The notes: generated by a model from the letters alone, not told the origin. A DNA stretch of 64,000 nucleotides from Mobula hypostoma (GCF_963921235.1 NC_086097.1:242360001-242424000); one strand, 5' to 3'; numbered from the stretch's first letter, positions 1 through 13,334 are shown. Translations and numbers: made by a program.

Positions 1-214
1 ATCGATTCAGGATCTTGATTTAGACTATATTTCAGACACAGTGTGACCTGTCGCATCAGTAAACAGCAGGCTGCATCCTCCTTGCAAAGAAGGAATCTAA
101 GTTGGGTCAGAGAGTGGAAGGGTGTGCAGGTGGGTAGAGCTACACAAATCTGCAAGGGTAGGGATACCAGATTAAATTTGAGAAATAAACCATTGTGCTA
201 GTTTTAAGCTCCAG

Positions 215-731
215 GTGAATATTGAGAGCATCCTGATGAGCTGTATCTTCATCTGGTATGGGAGCAGCTGAACATCAGACTGGAAGTCTCTACATAGGAC
301 TGTGAGAACGGCCGAGAGGATCATGGGGGTCTCCCTACCATTCGTCATGGACACTTATCAGGAGCACTGCGTACGCAGGGCCCTTAGTATTATTAAGGAT
401 CCCACCGCATCCATTCAGCATCCTCTTTGACTTTCTACCATCAGGCAGGAACGTCTGATGAATAAAGAGAAGAATAGTCATGATGGGAAGCAGTTTCTTC
501 CCTCGTGCCTTTAGACTTCTGAACTCCCCGCCGTGTTGCATTCGAAGTGCCACCGGCTAATATGTTTTGTATCCCAGAATATTTAATTTATGCACTTTAC
601 CTTTGTGGATTTAATTCTTACTTTCCCAAGTTATTGTGTGTTATATGTGTGTTATGTGTACTACTGTGCTTTACACCCTGGTCCGAAAAAACAGTCTTGT
701 TTGACAGTATACATGTAAATAGTTAAATGAC
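215..731 (+). mobile_element. Rex1/Babar-like LINE 3' fragment; tail resumes at about 1544-1565 after a CR1 insertion
   Basis: ESILMSCIFIWYGS..RTVRTAERIMG-type C-terminal motif and AT-rich 3' UTR ending aaatgac. Confidence 0.75.
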
Positions 732-1536
732 CACAAGACCACAAGACAAAGGAGCAGAAGTTGGCCATTCGGCCCATCGAGTCTGCTCCACCATTTTATC
801 ATGAGCTGATCCATTCTCCCATTTAGTCCCACTCCCCTGCCTTCTCACCATAACCTTTGATGCCCTGGCTACTCAGATACCTGCCTTAAATACACCCAAT
901 GACTTGGCCTCCACTGCTGCCCGTGGCAACAAATTCCATAGATTCACCACCCTCTGACTAAAAAAATTTCTTCGCATTTCTGTTCTGACTGGGCACCCTT
1001 CAATCCTTAAGTCATGCCCTCTCGTACTAGACTCCCCCATCATGGGAAACAACTTTGCCACATCCACTCTGTCCATGCCTTTCAACATTCGAAATGTCTC
1101 TATGATGTCTCCCCTCATTCTTCTAAACTCCAAGGAATACAGTCCAAGAGCGGACTAACATTCCTCATATGTTAACCCTCTCATTCCCGGAATCATTCTA
1201 CTGAATCTTCTGTGTACCCTCTCCAACGTCAGCACATCCTTTCTTAAATAAGGAGACCAAAACTGCCCACAGTACTCCAAGTGAGGTCTCACCAGCGCCT
1301 TATAGAGCCTCAACATCACATCCCTGCTCCTATACTCTATTCCTCTAGAAATGAATGCCAACATTGCATTCGCCTTCTTCACTACTGACTCAACCTGGAG
1401 GTTAACTTAAGGGTATCCTGTACGAGGACTCCCAAGTCCCGTTGCATCTCAGAACTTTGAATTCTTTCCCCTTTTAAATAATAGTCTGCCCGTTTTATTT
1501 TTTTCTGCCAAAGTGCATAACCATACACTTTCCAAC
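732..1536 (-). mobile_element. CR1-clade LINE 3' fragment with 7-bp TSD
   Basis: ORFs 873-1133 and 1155-1382 (KKANAMLAFISRGIEY..LVRPHLEYC.QFWSP). Tandem tail gaccacaa. Direct repeat aaatgac at 725-731 and 1537-1543. Confidence 0.92.
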
Positions 1537-2302
1537 AAATGACAGTAAACCTCAGTTGAATAGAACTGTATGAGATTGTGCTGCGCCCAAGGGAGGCTAC
1601 GTTTATTTGAAGTGTTGTGCATGGTTTTGGGAGATAAAAGATTCATTGTAGAAATTGCTGAAGAGAACTGATACGGTGGTGTAACGACTCAGTTGTGGCG
1701 TCAGGAAAGATTGAACAAGGCCTCTCTCCAGGAAAAGGGGTTACTTCACGCCACTTCACTTGCCCCATTATTGGAATGTCCCCAGAACCAATGGACCCAC
1801 TTTCAAAGGACTTTTCTTCTCACATTCTCGATATTTATTGCTTGTTTATTTATTATTGTTGTTTCTTTTTGCATTTGCACAGTCTGTTGCCTTTTGTTCT
1901 CTGGCTGAACGCCCAAGTGGGACAGTCTTTCAGTGATTCTGTTATAGTTATCCTGTAGATTTGTTGAGTGTGTCCATAAAAATTGAATCTCAGGGTTGTA
2001 TATGGTGGTATGTATGTACTTTGATCATAAAATTTGCTTTGAACTTTCAGAATGTTCAGTTGTGACTTATTTGAGATGTCTGACTGTTTGATTGGCTGAA
2101 GAACAAGGCCAGCACTAGATTCGTAAATAACTTGATAAGGGAATTGAAGGGAAAATTATTTATCCAGAGGAAGGAGCTCATTATCACAAGGAATAGTTGT
2201 AATGGCACAATTTTAAGGTGATTGGAAGAAAGTATCAGGGAAGTTAGAGGTTATTTTTACACGGAGTGGTGGGTGCACGAAATACCCTGCCAAGAGTGGT
2301 GA

Positions 2303-2668
2303 TCATCATTATGTGCCATGTCATAGACATGGGTGATCATGGTCTTCCATGATCATGATTGTTCTTGGCAAATTTTTCTACAGAAGTGGTTTGCCTTTGC
2401 TGCCTTCTGAGCAGTGACCTTACAAGACGGGTGACCCCAGCCATTATGCAGAGATTGCCTGGCGTCAGAAGTTGCGTCATCAGGACTTGCGATATGCTCA
2501 TACGACCATCCACCACCTGCCCCCGTGGCTTCACGTGACTCTGTTCGGTGGGAGGGTGGAGGGGGACTAAGCGGGTGCTACACCTTGCCCAAGGGTGACC
2601 TGCAGGCTAGTGGAGGGAAGGAGCGTCTTGTACCTCCTTTGGCAGAGACGTGTCTCAACCCCGCCGCC
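2303..2668 (-). mobile_element. RTE-related non-autonomous retroposon; same family on + at about 18715-19092, partial at 4285-4395
   Basis: The two copies are reverse-complementary and share a gaaggc.atggcaaaccac motif and an (atg)n tail, resembling RTE/BovB-type 3' ends. Confidence 0.65.
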
Positions 2669-2997
2669 CATGGTAGTAGAGGCAAATATATTAGGGACTT
2701 TTAAGGGACTCGTGGATAGGCACACGAATGATAGAAAAATGGAAGGTGATGTGGGAACGAAGGGTTGGATTGATCTTAGAGTAGGTTAAAAGGTCAGCAC
2801 AACACTGTAAGCTAAAGGGTCTATGAATAGCTGAGCTCAGTATCATAGGCTAAGAGGGGAGCTGGTAAACACACACAAGATGGAAATGGAATTAGAATCA
2901 GGTTTGATATCACTGGCATATGTGGTGAAATTTATTAACTTTGCGCCAGCCGTACAATGCAAAACATAATGGAAGAAAAGCCCTGTGAATTACAGTA

Positions 2998-3854
2998 CAG
3001 GTCCACAATCCCTTATCTGAAATCCTTGGGGCCAGTTGCATTTTGGAATTCTGAATTTTTCAGATTTCAGACCCCCCCCCCCCCGCCTGATACCAAAAAA
3101 CATGTATGCTCAAGTCCCTTATTTAACCTGGCTCAGTGCAGTGGACTTTAGGACCTGGCAGCGCACCAAACCTGCGCACATCCTCCTGTATACTTTAAAT
3201 CATCTCTAGATTTATAATACCTAATAGCTACTTGTAATACCTAATACAATGTAAATGTTATGTAAATAATTGTTATACTGTATTGTTTAGGGAATTATAA
3301 CAAGAAGAAATTTTATTTCCAGCAAAAATATTCAATAAAACATAAAAATATACAGCTTCAAATGAACTGAATCAAACACATGGTAAATGACTTATTGGAA
3401 TAAATGTAGAACGTCACAGTCACTGTCACTATAAAACTTCAGTAACTTGTCTTTCTGTTTATTTAAATCATATACAGTGGCAGTTCTGACCTATTTTCTT
3501 CAGTAAGACGCTGCACAGACACACCATGATCAAGTTTCTGCAATAACTCCACTTTCTGCGTTATTGATAGAGAAGATTCCTTCTCTTTTTCTCATTGTTA
3601 TCCATAGGGATATCTGCAGCTCTTTTTGACATTTTCACAGTGAAATTAAACACAAAGTCAATAGTGAACACAAAATATCAGTGAACAGCAAATGCACGTG
3701 TAACCAGTACGAGCGCTGAGCCACAACTGACGCCTGGCGGCCTCTTCTAGTGCTGCCACGTCACACCTGAGTGACGTCAGCTGTTGGCAAAAAAAAACTA
3801 AGGTCTTCTGAGCTTTTTGGATTTCAGAATTTCAGATAAAGGAATGTGCACCTG
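2998..3854. mobile_element. Tigger/pogo-like non-autonomous DNA transposon
   Basis: TA|caggtccacaatcccttatctgaaatcc ... gaatttcagataaaggaatgtgcacctg|TA: imperfect ~28-bp TIRs with TA TSD. Confidence 0.85.
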
Positions 3855-4399
3855 TAATATGTTTATGCAAGTAGTGCAAAAATAGAAATGATAAAATAGC
3901 ACAGAAGCAGGCTCTTTGGCCCATCATGTCTGTGTTGGTCATGAAGTATCCTTCTCTACTAACCCCATTCTCCAGTTTCTGGCCCATGCGAGACTGTTGC
4001 AGCTCAGGTGCCTGTCTCAATAATGCAGTAAGTATTGCAGGAGCGAATCATTTTGGTTTAGGTTGTGCATGATAATTAATGGAGTGAGGCACTCAAGTAT
4101 CGTTGTTGTACAGATTGAACTAAGTGAATTTGGTCTTAACTAATCCCTGTACGTTTATACTTAAATGTACTGAGAATATCTGCCTGCCCCTCTGGCAGTG
4201 CACTTTGTTGGAGCAGAAGATGTCTTGTGCAGATCTTAAGCGTTGCTATGGATCAAAAGTCAAAGTAAATTTATTAAAGTATTGGGTGGCAGGGTGGAGA
4301 TGGGCCTTTATCAAAGGAGGTGCAAGATGCTCCTTCCCACCGCTAGCCTGCAGGTCACTCTTGGGCAAGGTGTCGCACCTGCTTAGCCCCCCCCCCCAC

Positions 4400-4760
4400 C
4401 TTTGACTTTGACTGTGGAATGATTGTTGGCGCCAGATGGTGTGGTTTTGAGTGTCTCAGGAGCTGTTAATCTCCTGGATTTTCACAAACAACAGTCTCTA
4501 TATTGTACAGAGAAAGGTGCCAAAAAAAACAAAAAAAAAATTGAGTGAGTGGCAGTTCTGTGGGTGAAAATGCCTTAATAATGAGAGAGGTCAGAGGGGA
4601 ATGGTCAGACTGGTTCAGGCTGACAGGAGGGTGACAGTAACTCAGATAACCACACATGACAACATGGAGTGTGGAAGAGCATCTCTGAATGCACAACTCA
4701 TCGAACCTTGAAGTGAATGGGCTACAGCAGCCAAAGACCACAGGCATACTCTCAGTGTAT
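4400..4760 (+). mobile_element. Tc1-like element fragment, same family as 11970-13334
   Basis: Shares agcatctctgaatgcacaac..gaaccttgaagtg.atgggctacagcagc with 13229-13284. Confidence 0.75.
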
Positions 4761-4871
4761 ATGTCGCCAAGTGCTACCTTGTGATTCATTTTCTTGCTGG
4801 CATTTACAGGAAAATAAAGAAATGCAATGGAGTTTATGAGAACTAATCATGGACAAAGACTGAGAAATAGC

Positions 4872-5075
4872 TGCAACGCACACAAAATGCTGAAGGAACT
4901 CGGCAGGCAGCATCTATGGAAAAACATACAGTCAACATTCTGGGCTGAGACCCTTCAGCAAAACTTTTTCTCCATAGATGCTGCCTGGCCTGCTGTGTTC
5001 CTCCAGCATTTTGCGCGTGTGTGTGTGTGTGTGTGTGTCGCTTGGATTTCCAGCATCTGCGGATTTTCTTTTGTG
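4872..5075. mobile_element. Penelope-like element end in inverted (fold-back) arrangement, with (TG)n
   Basis: cacacaaaatgctgaaggaactc..gcagcatctatgga is followed by its reverse complement tccatagatgctgcc..ttcctccagcattttg. Confidence 0.8.
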
Positions 5076-6003
5076 ACTGACAAATAGCTATTGAGCGAAA
5101 GAGGGCAAATATTGCAAATAAAAATCAAATGAACAATGCTAAGAACATGAGGTGCAGAGTCCTTGAAAGTGAGTCTGAAGGTTGTAGTATGTAAATAGTA
5201 TGTAAATAAGCATTGAATCATGTGAACAATTGGTTTAAAGGAGGTTTGTTTATTTCCTAATGATAGCTATCTGCTGTCCAGTTGTTTGGAAATCCTGGTA
5301 ATTTGGCATCTGGTTCTTCTGCACTCGCTCCTGACTCACTCGGGCCTGGGTTCCTGTGTTCTTTTCAAACTGACTCAGACACACATTCCCAAACTCACCA
5401 AGTTCACTGGGGAATTTATTGTAACTTCTTTAAAAAAGGGTGAACTGAAACAAATACTGCAGATGCTGGAAATCAAGAGCAAGGATCTCAGTAAGTCAGG
5501 CATCACCTATTAAAACCGCATTTTGGGTATTAATAGGAATAATTTTTAACGATAACAAAGACAAGAAATTTTTTGCAGATGTACTGTGGAGAGTATTTTG
5601 ACTGGTTGCATCATGGTCTGCTTTAAACTCCAATTGATGGGTATCTAATTAGTCAGGGTATCAAGGGATATGGGGAAAAAACAGGAAATTGGAACTAGAT
5701 GGGAGAATATTTTAGCTCATGGTGGAGTGACGGAGCAGGCTCGATGGGCCGAATGGCCTGCTTCTGCTCCTTTGCCTTGTGTGAATATATAAAGATGGTG
5801 ATGGGGAGCTGTAGAAGGGTGAGGTAGATCAGCTGATTGAGTAGTGTCACAACAGCAACCTTGGATGCAGCATTAGTAAGACCAAGGAATTTCTTGTGGA
5901 CTTCAGGAAGGGGAAGACAGGAGAACACATTCCAATCCCCATTGAGGGGTCAGCGGTGGAAAGGGTGAGCAAGTTTAAGTTCCTGGGGTTCAATATCTCA
6001 GAG

Positions 6004-6746
6004 CGGTGGTCCCCAACCACCGGGCCGCGGCCGCGAGGAAACGATATGAGTCAGCTGCACCTTTCCTCATTCCCTGTCACGCACTGTTGAACTTGAACAT
6101 AGGGTTGCCAACTGTCCCGTATTTGCCGGGACATTCAGTATATCGGGCTAAATTGGTTTGTCCCTTACGGGACTGCCCTTGTCCCGTATTTCCCCCGCTA
6201 AGGTAGAATGTTCCAATGAAACCGTTCGTAAGCGGAAATGGCGTGAAGCGAAGAAGCAATTACCATTAATTTATATGGGAAAAATTTTTGAGCGTTCCCA
6301 GACCCAAAAAATAACCTACCAAATCATTCCAAATAACACATAAAACCTAAAATAACACTAACATATAGTAAAAGCAGGAATGATATGATAAATACACAGC
6401 CTGTATAAAGTAGAAATGTATGTACAGTGTAGTTTCTCTTAACAGAGCCAGGAAGATTAAACCAAAGCCGATTTGTAGAAAAAAACGGCACGTCACGCAT
6501 GCGCACACAGGTGCCCGTGCAAGGCTTCATGGTCATGGTCTTTCTCGGGGTAAACACGTGTCCCGTATTTGACTGCTACTTTTGTCCCTTATTTGGGAGT
6601 GAGAAAGTTGGCAACCCTAACTGTAAAAGACATGTTGAGGTGAGTTTAACCCTACTTGACCCCCCCCCCCCCCCACTGTCAGCCGGTCTGCAAGGATATT
6701 GTCAATATTAACCGGTCCGCAGTGCAAAAAAGGTTGGGGACCCCAG
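6004..6746. mobile_element. hAT (Charlie-like) composite MITE, copy 1, inserted in a Rex1 fragment
   Basis: TIRs cggtggtccccaacc / ggttggggacccca; partial TSD tcagag; near-identical to 52542-53276. Confidence 0.88.
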
Positions 6747-7512
6747 TCAGAGGACCTACATCCCTAGTCCAACATTTTAATGCAATCAAGATGAAGGCAG
6801 TAATGGCTATACTTCATTTACAGCTTGATATAGTTGCAGTAAGACCTTTACACAAAACTCCACTTGCAATGAAGACCACTGCCGTGAAAGGTTAACTACC
6901 TCTCCCATGATGTTGTCAGGCATGTTTCCAGCACTTTTTTGTTCCTATTTCTACCTTACACCACCTGACAAAACTAGGCAAAGCAGTAGTGAAGCGATTA
7001 ATCTAACACAATGATAACACCAGCAGTCAGTGATGGGGGTTCAATTCCCACCACTGTCTGTAAGGAGTTTGTACGCTATCCCCATGACCACACGGGTTTC
7101 CTCAGGGCACTCTGGTTTTCTCCCACAATTCAAAGGCGTACGGGTTACGGTTGGTAAGATGCGAGCATGCTGTGCTGTGTCAAAAGGATATACTTAAAGC
7201 AGAGGTCATTGGGTATATTTAAAGCGGAGGTTGATAGTTTCTCGATTAGTAAGGATGTCAAAGGTTATGGGAGAAGGCGGGAGAATGGCGTTGAGAGAGA
7301 TAATAAATCAGCCACGATGGAATGCTGGAGCAGACTCGATGGACCAAATGGAGCCTGCTCCTATATCTTATGGAAAGTACGATGATATTTGTGGGCTGGC
7401 CCGCAACACATACTTGGTTGTTGAAGCAAAGGTGCATTTCCTGTATCGATGCCAGAGTATTTAAATGAACATGTGACAAATAAAGTTAATCTTCAAGCTT
7501 CACCTCAAAACT

Positions 7513-7777
7513 GGCCGGCTGGTGGCGCAGTGGCATCAGCGCCGGACTTCGGAGTGAAGGCTCCCGAGTTCGAATCCAAGCCGGGTCACACCCTGAGCAT
7601 GCTTTCCATCCGTGCCGAGTTGAGCGTCGAGCTAGCCACTTAGCCCCATTAAAAAAAAACAAGGGTCAAGTCAGGAATGTTCATATCGTGACCCGGTTAA
7701 TCCGAAAGGAGACCAATCCTGACACTACGCGCCAGACAAGAATGGCTGACTGACTGGTGCGACATGCTAGGAAGGAT
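7513..7777 (+). mobile_element. tRNA-derived SINE with 9-bp TSD
   Basis: A box TGGCGCAGTGG, B box GAGTTCGAATC; direct repeat ctcaaaact at 7504-7512 and 7778-7786. Confidence 0.85.
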
Positions 7778-7805
7778 CTCAAAACTAGTTTCAAAGGCTG
7801 GTAAT

Positions 7806-8160
7806 AAGACCACAAGATATAGGAGCATAAATAGGTCATTCGGCCCACTGAGTCTGCTCTACTAGTTCATCATGGCTGATCAAATTTCCCCCTCAGTCCC
7901 AATTTCCTGACTTCTCTCTGTATCCCTTCATGCCCTGACCAATCAAGAATCTATCAACACACTATACACAAAGACTTGGAGTCCATAGCCGCCTGTGGCA
8001 ACAAATTCCACAGTTTCACCACCCTCTGGCTGAAGAAATTCCTCCTTTTCATTTTAAAAGGATGCCTATCTATACTGATGCTGTGTCCTCTGGTCTTAGA
8101 CTCCCCCATCATAGGAAGCACCTTCTCCACATCCACTCTATCAAGGCCTTTCAACATTCT
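7806..8160 (-). mobile_element. CR1 3' end
   Basis: ORF 7954-8157 (LKGLDRVDVEK..RRNFFSQRVV.LWN.LP) and CR1 3' UTR. Confidence 0.88.
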
Positions 8161-8696
8161 GCAATGATGCAGAGCAAGGGAAATGTGTGTGGAAATCTTT
8201 TCTACGAGGATGCAGGGAAGTTCAGATTACATGGGAACAGAGGAGAAAGGATATTGCATGATCAGGCAGACTTGTCAAGAGTTCAAACCAAAAGCTTGAA
8301 CTGGCATGTTTTGGCTTGACGCAACAGTAATAATATGAGAGATTTAGAAGAGTCATTTAGTTTCAGCCATGCGAGATAACTTGTGGTGATTGATTGTGGC
8401 AACATCATTATACAAAGACAATTTATACTAGCTGAATTAAGTGTATTCAGTCATAACTAATCCCTGTGTGTCCATGTCTAATAATATTGAACAGCTAAAT
8501 ATTTTGATCTAGCCTCACCACATCGACAATTTTCTTACTGTACTGCAAGAGAAAGAAGAAAGCCTTTAAAGAAATGAGTATCTAGCTGTATACTCACAAA
8601 GCAGTACAATTGCTACATCGGTTATATTTGCATAATCAAAAGCGGTAAAATTCCAATTAGCTGCAATCAGCTTTAGCAGCTTTGCCAGAATTGGCG

Positions 8697-8972
8697 TAGC
8701 ACGGTAACCTAGTGGTTAGCACAACGTTTTACAGTATTAGCGACCCAGGTTCAATTCCTGCCGCTGTCTACAAGGAGTTTGCACGCTCTCCCCATGAGTA
8801 CGTGGGTTCATCCAGGTGCTCCAGTTTCCTCCCATATGCCAAAGATGTACCAGTTGGTAGGTTAATTATAAGTTGTTCTGTGACTGGACTTGGGTTAAAA
8901 TCAGGGATTACTGGGCGGTGTGGCTCAAAGGCCCAGAAAGGCCTACTCCTTGCTGTGTCTCAATAAAATAAA
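8697..8972 (+). mobile_element. V-SINE/HE1-like tRNA-derived SINE; further copies at about 6980-7170, 35410-35700, 45477-45790, 51722-52135
   Basis: gtggttagcac..ccaggttcaattcc (A/B boxes) followed by the V-domain-like gagtttgcacg.tctcccc..gtggg...c.ccaggtgctccagtttcctccca; aaat tail. Confidence 0.8.
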
Positions 8973-9944
8973 TAACATCAGAATCAGGATTACTGCCACT
9001 GACGTTAGTTGTGAATCTGTTCCTTTGTGGTGGCAGGACAGGGCACCCCTAACAATTACCGTAAGTTACAATAAACAAGTAAATAATTCAAAGAGGTATA
9101 GCGAGGTACTGTCCATCGACCATTTATAAACCTGACAGCGGATGGGAAGAAGCTACTCCTGAAGTGTTGAATGTGTGTCTTCAGGCTCCCGTACCTCCGA
9201 CCCAATGGTAGTACTCAGAAGGTGGGTCCTAGATGTGAGGGCCCTTAATGATGGATGTTGCCTATAGAAGATGTCCTTGATGGTGGGGGTGGGGGTTGTG
9301 ATCGTAATGGGGATGGCTGAGTCCACGGGGCCTCTGACAATCCTGTGCATTGGAGTCTAAACCAGGCCATGATGCAACCAGTCAAAATGCTCTCCGCAGT
9401 ACATCTGCGAAGAATTTCTTGTCTTTGGTGACACACCTTTCCCAAACGTTGCCTGGATTAGAGAGCATGTTTTACGAGGAAAGGATTAAGCGAGCTGAAC
9501 TGTTCTCTTTGGAATGAAGGAGAATGAGAGGTGATCGGATAAGATGTTAAGATGCACAGATCAGGTATCTTTTTCCCAGGGTGAAAATGTCTAATGCAGC
9601 AGGCCATCATTTTAAGGTGATTGGAAGAATGTATAGAGAGGATGTCTCTTTTACAATGGGGGTGGGTGTGTGGAAGGGGTGGTGGTAGACAGGTGGATCC
9701 ATGTGGCAGATTTAAGAGACTCTTCAGTAGACACACAGATGAAAGAAACTTTAGAGCCATTTGGGAAGGAAAGGTTAGATTGATCCTGGAGTATGTTAAA
9801 AGGATGGCACAACATCATGGTCCAAAGGGCCTGTGCTGAGCTGTACTGTTCTAAATCTTACCATCATCCATCATTGCAGTAGTTTCAACATTCGTAATAG
9901 CTTCAGCTGTCACCAGTACCACTCTTTATGTGAAATAACACAAA

Positions 9945-11355
9945 CTCTTCCACTCCTTAAGAAAGGAAGAAGGCAGCAGAAAGGAAATTATAGACTGGTT
10001 AGCCTGACCTCAGTGGTTGGGAAGATGTTGGAGACAATTGATAAGGATGAGGTAATGGAGTACTTGGTGACACAGGACAAGATAGGACAAAGTCAGCATG
10101 GTTTCCTTAAGGAAAGATCTTGCCTGACGAACATGTTGGAATTCTTTGAGGAGATCACAAGTAGGATAGATAAAGGGGATGCAGTGGATGTTGCATATTT
10201 GGACTTTCAGAAAGCCTTTGACAAGGTGCCACACATGAGGCTGCTTACCAAGTTAAGAGCCCATGGTATTACAAGGAAGTTCCTGACATGTTGGAACATT
10301 GGCTGATTGGTAGGAGGCAGCGAGTGGGAATAAAAGGATCTTTTGCTGGTTGGCTGCCGATGACTAGTGGTATTCCACAGGGGTCTCTGTTGGCTTCTTT
10401 TTGTGCAGTATATCAATGATTTATATGGTGGAATAGATGGCATTGTTGCCAGTTTGTAGATGATATGAAGATTGGTAGAGGGGTAGGTAGTGTTGAGCAA
10501 ACAGGTAGGTTGCAGAAGGACTTAGATTAGGGGAATGGGCAAGAAAGTGGAAAATGAATTACAATGTTGGAAAATGCGCGGTCATGCACTTTGGTAGTAG
10601 AAGTAAATGTGCAGATTTTTTTCTAAATGGGGAGAAAATCAAAAAATCTGAGATGCAAGTAGACTTGGGAATCCTTGTGCAGAGCGCCCTAAAGGTTAAC
10701 TTGCAGGTAGAGTAGGTGGTGTGGACGGCAAATGCAATGTTAGCATTCATTTCAAGAGGTCTAGAATACAAGAGCAGGGATGTGAGCTGAGGCTTTATAA
10801 GGCACTGGTGAACAGTTTTGGGGTTCTCATCTAAAAAAAAATGTGCTGGCATTGGAGAGAGTTCAGAGCAGATTCAGAAGGATGATTCCAGGATTGAAAG
10901 ATTATATGAGGAACGTTTGATGGTTCTGGGTCTGTACTAGCTGGAATTTAGAAGGATGGAGGGGGGATCTCATTGAAACCTTTCACATGTTGGAAGGTCT
11001 AGACAGAGTAGATGTGGAAAGGAAGTTTCCCATGGTGGGGGAGTCTAGAGCAAAAAGGTACAACCTCAGGATAGAGGGGCACCCATTTAAAACAGAGATT
11101 CTGAGAAATTTCCATAGCCAGAGGGTGGTGAATTTGTGGAATTTGTTACCTCAGGGAGCTATGAAAGCCAGGTCGTTGGGTGTATTTAAGGCAGAGCTTG
11201 ATCGGTTCATGATTGGACATAGATTCAAAGGTTACGGGGAGAAGGTCGGGGACCGGGGCTGAAGAGGGGAAAAAAGGATCAGCCATGAATGAATGGTGGA
11301 GCAGACTCGATGGACCAAATGGCCTGATTCTGCTTCCATGTTTTATGGTCTTATG
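9945..11355 (+). mobile_element. CR1 LINE, RT domain to 3' end, degraded
   Basis: NYRLVSLTSVVGKMLE..QHGFLKERSCLTN..YLDFQKAFDKVPH; frameshifted downstream; tail ttatggtcttatg. Confidence 0.93.
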
Positions 11356-11969
11356 AAAACCTATAAAGAATGCTTGACTAGACATCATGGTTTGCACAGA
11401 CCTACACGAAGGTGTGTCACTGAGCTCTGAATGTTGAGGTGATGTGGCAAAGGTTTTCTCTGGGCCTGGCAACCATTGTCAAGATCATGAGCCAGCTTAT
11501 ATGAATAATTTGTGATTAACTTCGAGCCATTCTAGCTCTTAAACTTTGAAGCGATAGAATTTTAACCATCGAGACAATAATTAAGCCAAGGACCTTTTCC
11601 CGGGGTGGAAATGGCTAATACCAGGGACATCATTTAAAGGTGATGGGAAGAAAGTATGGGGGGGGGGGTCAGAGGTAATTTTCCTACACAGAGCAGTGAG
11701 TATGCAAAAAACCCTGCCGTGGGTAGTGGTTGAGGCAGTTACATGAGGGGCATTTGAGAAACTCTTAGATGAAGGAAAAATGGGGAGCTATGGTAGGAGA
11801 GAGAGCTAGATTCAGGGGTCAGCACAACATCGTGGGCCACAGGGCCTGTACTGTGCTGTAATGTTGTATATAAAGCAAATGGATTACTCCAAGTGAGGAT
11901 AGTTGGTACTTCAAGGCCTACAGAAAGGTTTTGTTTTTTCTGAAGAGTGCTGCCATAGACAGGAACGTA

Positions 11970-13334
11970 GACTCAATGGCCACTTTATTAGGTACACCTG
12001 AATTCCCCATTAAATTCGAAGTACATATACCATACACAGCCTTGAGTTTCATCTTCTTGCAGGCAGCCACAAAACAAAGAAAATAAGCAAATAACACACA
12101 AAGCATGAACTGCAGAGACACTGAAAGTGGGTCCGCAGCCTCTAAGCCTGTTGAGTCCTGAGACGGGTAAGGCCTCACGGAGAATTGAGCTGAACGCCAG
12201 TTTGTCCTTTGCCCTCAGTCTTAATCTTTTAGATCTGGTTCAGAGCTTAAATCAATTAGACATCAGTTCATTTCTCGCTCTCAGGCCTGGGCTCCACCAC
12301 TTCAGTATGACCTAGTCCGCTCCAGAAATGGCTGATTCGGCTGTACCTGCTTTCTCGATGGTCTAGTTAGCCGACTCCTTCAGGGTACCTCAAAAATGGC
12401 ATGTCGCACAGACAGTTCAAAAGCACCGCTCCCAAAGGGAAATCAGAGGCTGCGGATTGCAGTGGTTGTAGTCCAGAAAAGGTTTATTTAGTAGGATAGC
12501 TAAAAGTTTTGTTAGCTGCTTGCAAAACATCGCCGTGTCACACTAGTGCTGTCTTGCAGGTATTCCATCAGCCAATCATGTAGCAGCAACTCAATGAATA
12601 AAAGCATGTTGACGTTGTCAAGAGGTTCAGTTGTTGTTCGGACCAAACATCAGAATGGGAAAGAAATGTGATCAGAGTGACTTTGATCCTGGAATGATTG
12701 TTCCAGGCAGGGTGGTTTTGAATATCTCAGAAACTGCTGATCTGGGGTTTTCCATGCACAACAGTCTCTAGAGATTATAGAAAATAGTGCGAAAAGCAAA
12801 AAAGCATCCAGTCAGCAGTAGTTCTAGGGGTGAAAACACATTGTTATTGAAGCGACATTGCCTCAACGTTCAGGGGAGAAGATTTAGGACGGAGATGAGG
12901 AGAAACTTTTTTCCAGAGAGTGGTGAATCTGTGGAATTCTCTGCCCAGGGAAGCAGTTGAGGCTTCCTCACTAAATATATTTAAGATACAGTTAGATAGG
13001 TTTTTACATAGTAGGGGAATTAAGGGTTATGGGGAAAAGCCAGGTAGATGGAGCTGAGTTTACAGACAGATCAGCCATGATATTGAATGGCAGGGCAGGC
13101 TCGATGGGCCGGATGGCCGACTCCTCCTATTTCTTATGTTCTTATGTAGAAAAATAGCTAGAATGGCTGAAGCTGACAAGGTGGCGGTAATTCAAATAAC
13201 TGCGCATTACAATAGAGGTGTGCAGAAGAGCATCTCGGAATGCACCACCCTTCGAACCTTGAAGTGGATGGGCTACAGCAGCAGAAAACCAAACTGGGTT
13301 CCACTCCTGTACCTAATAAAGTGGCCACTGAGTG
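11970..13334 (+). mobile_element. Non-autonomous Tc1-like element carrying two nested insertions (about 12010-12560, and a CR1 tail at about 12860-13147)
   Basis: TA|gactcaatggccactttattaggtaca ... tgtacctaataaagtggccactgagtg|TA TIRs; transposase remnant ITAHYNRGVQKSISECTTLRTLKWMGYSSRKP. Confidence 0.88.

Noticed and set aside
7513..7585. Possible tRNA gene
   Set aside because: No clean cloverleaf; followed by ~190 bp of unrelated sequence and flanked by a TSD, so a SINE head.
8160..8320. Purine-rich open stretch as a possible exon of another gene
   Set aside because: No recognisable protein similarity and no convincing splice-site pair.
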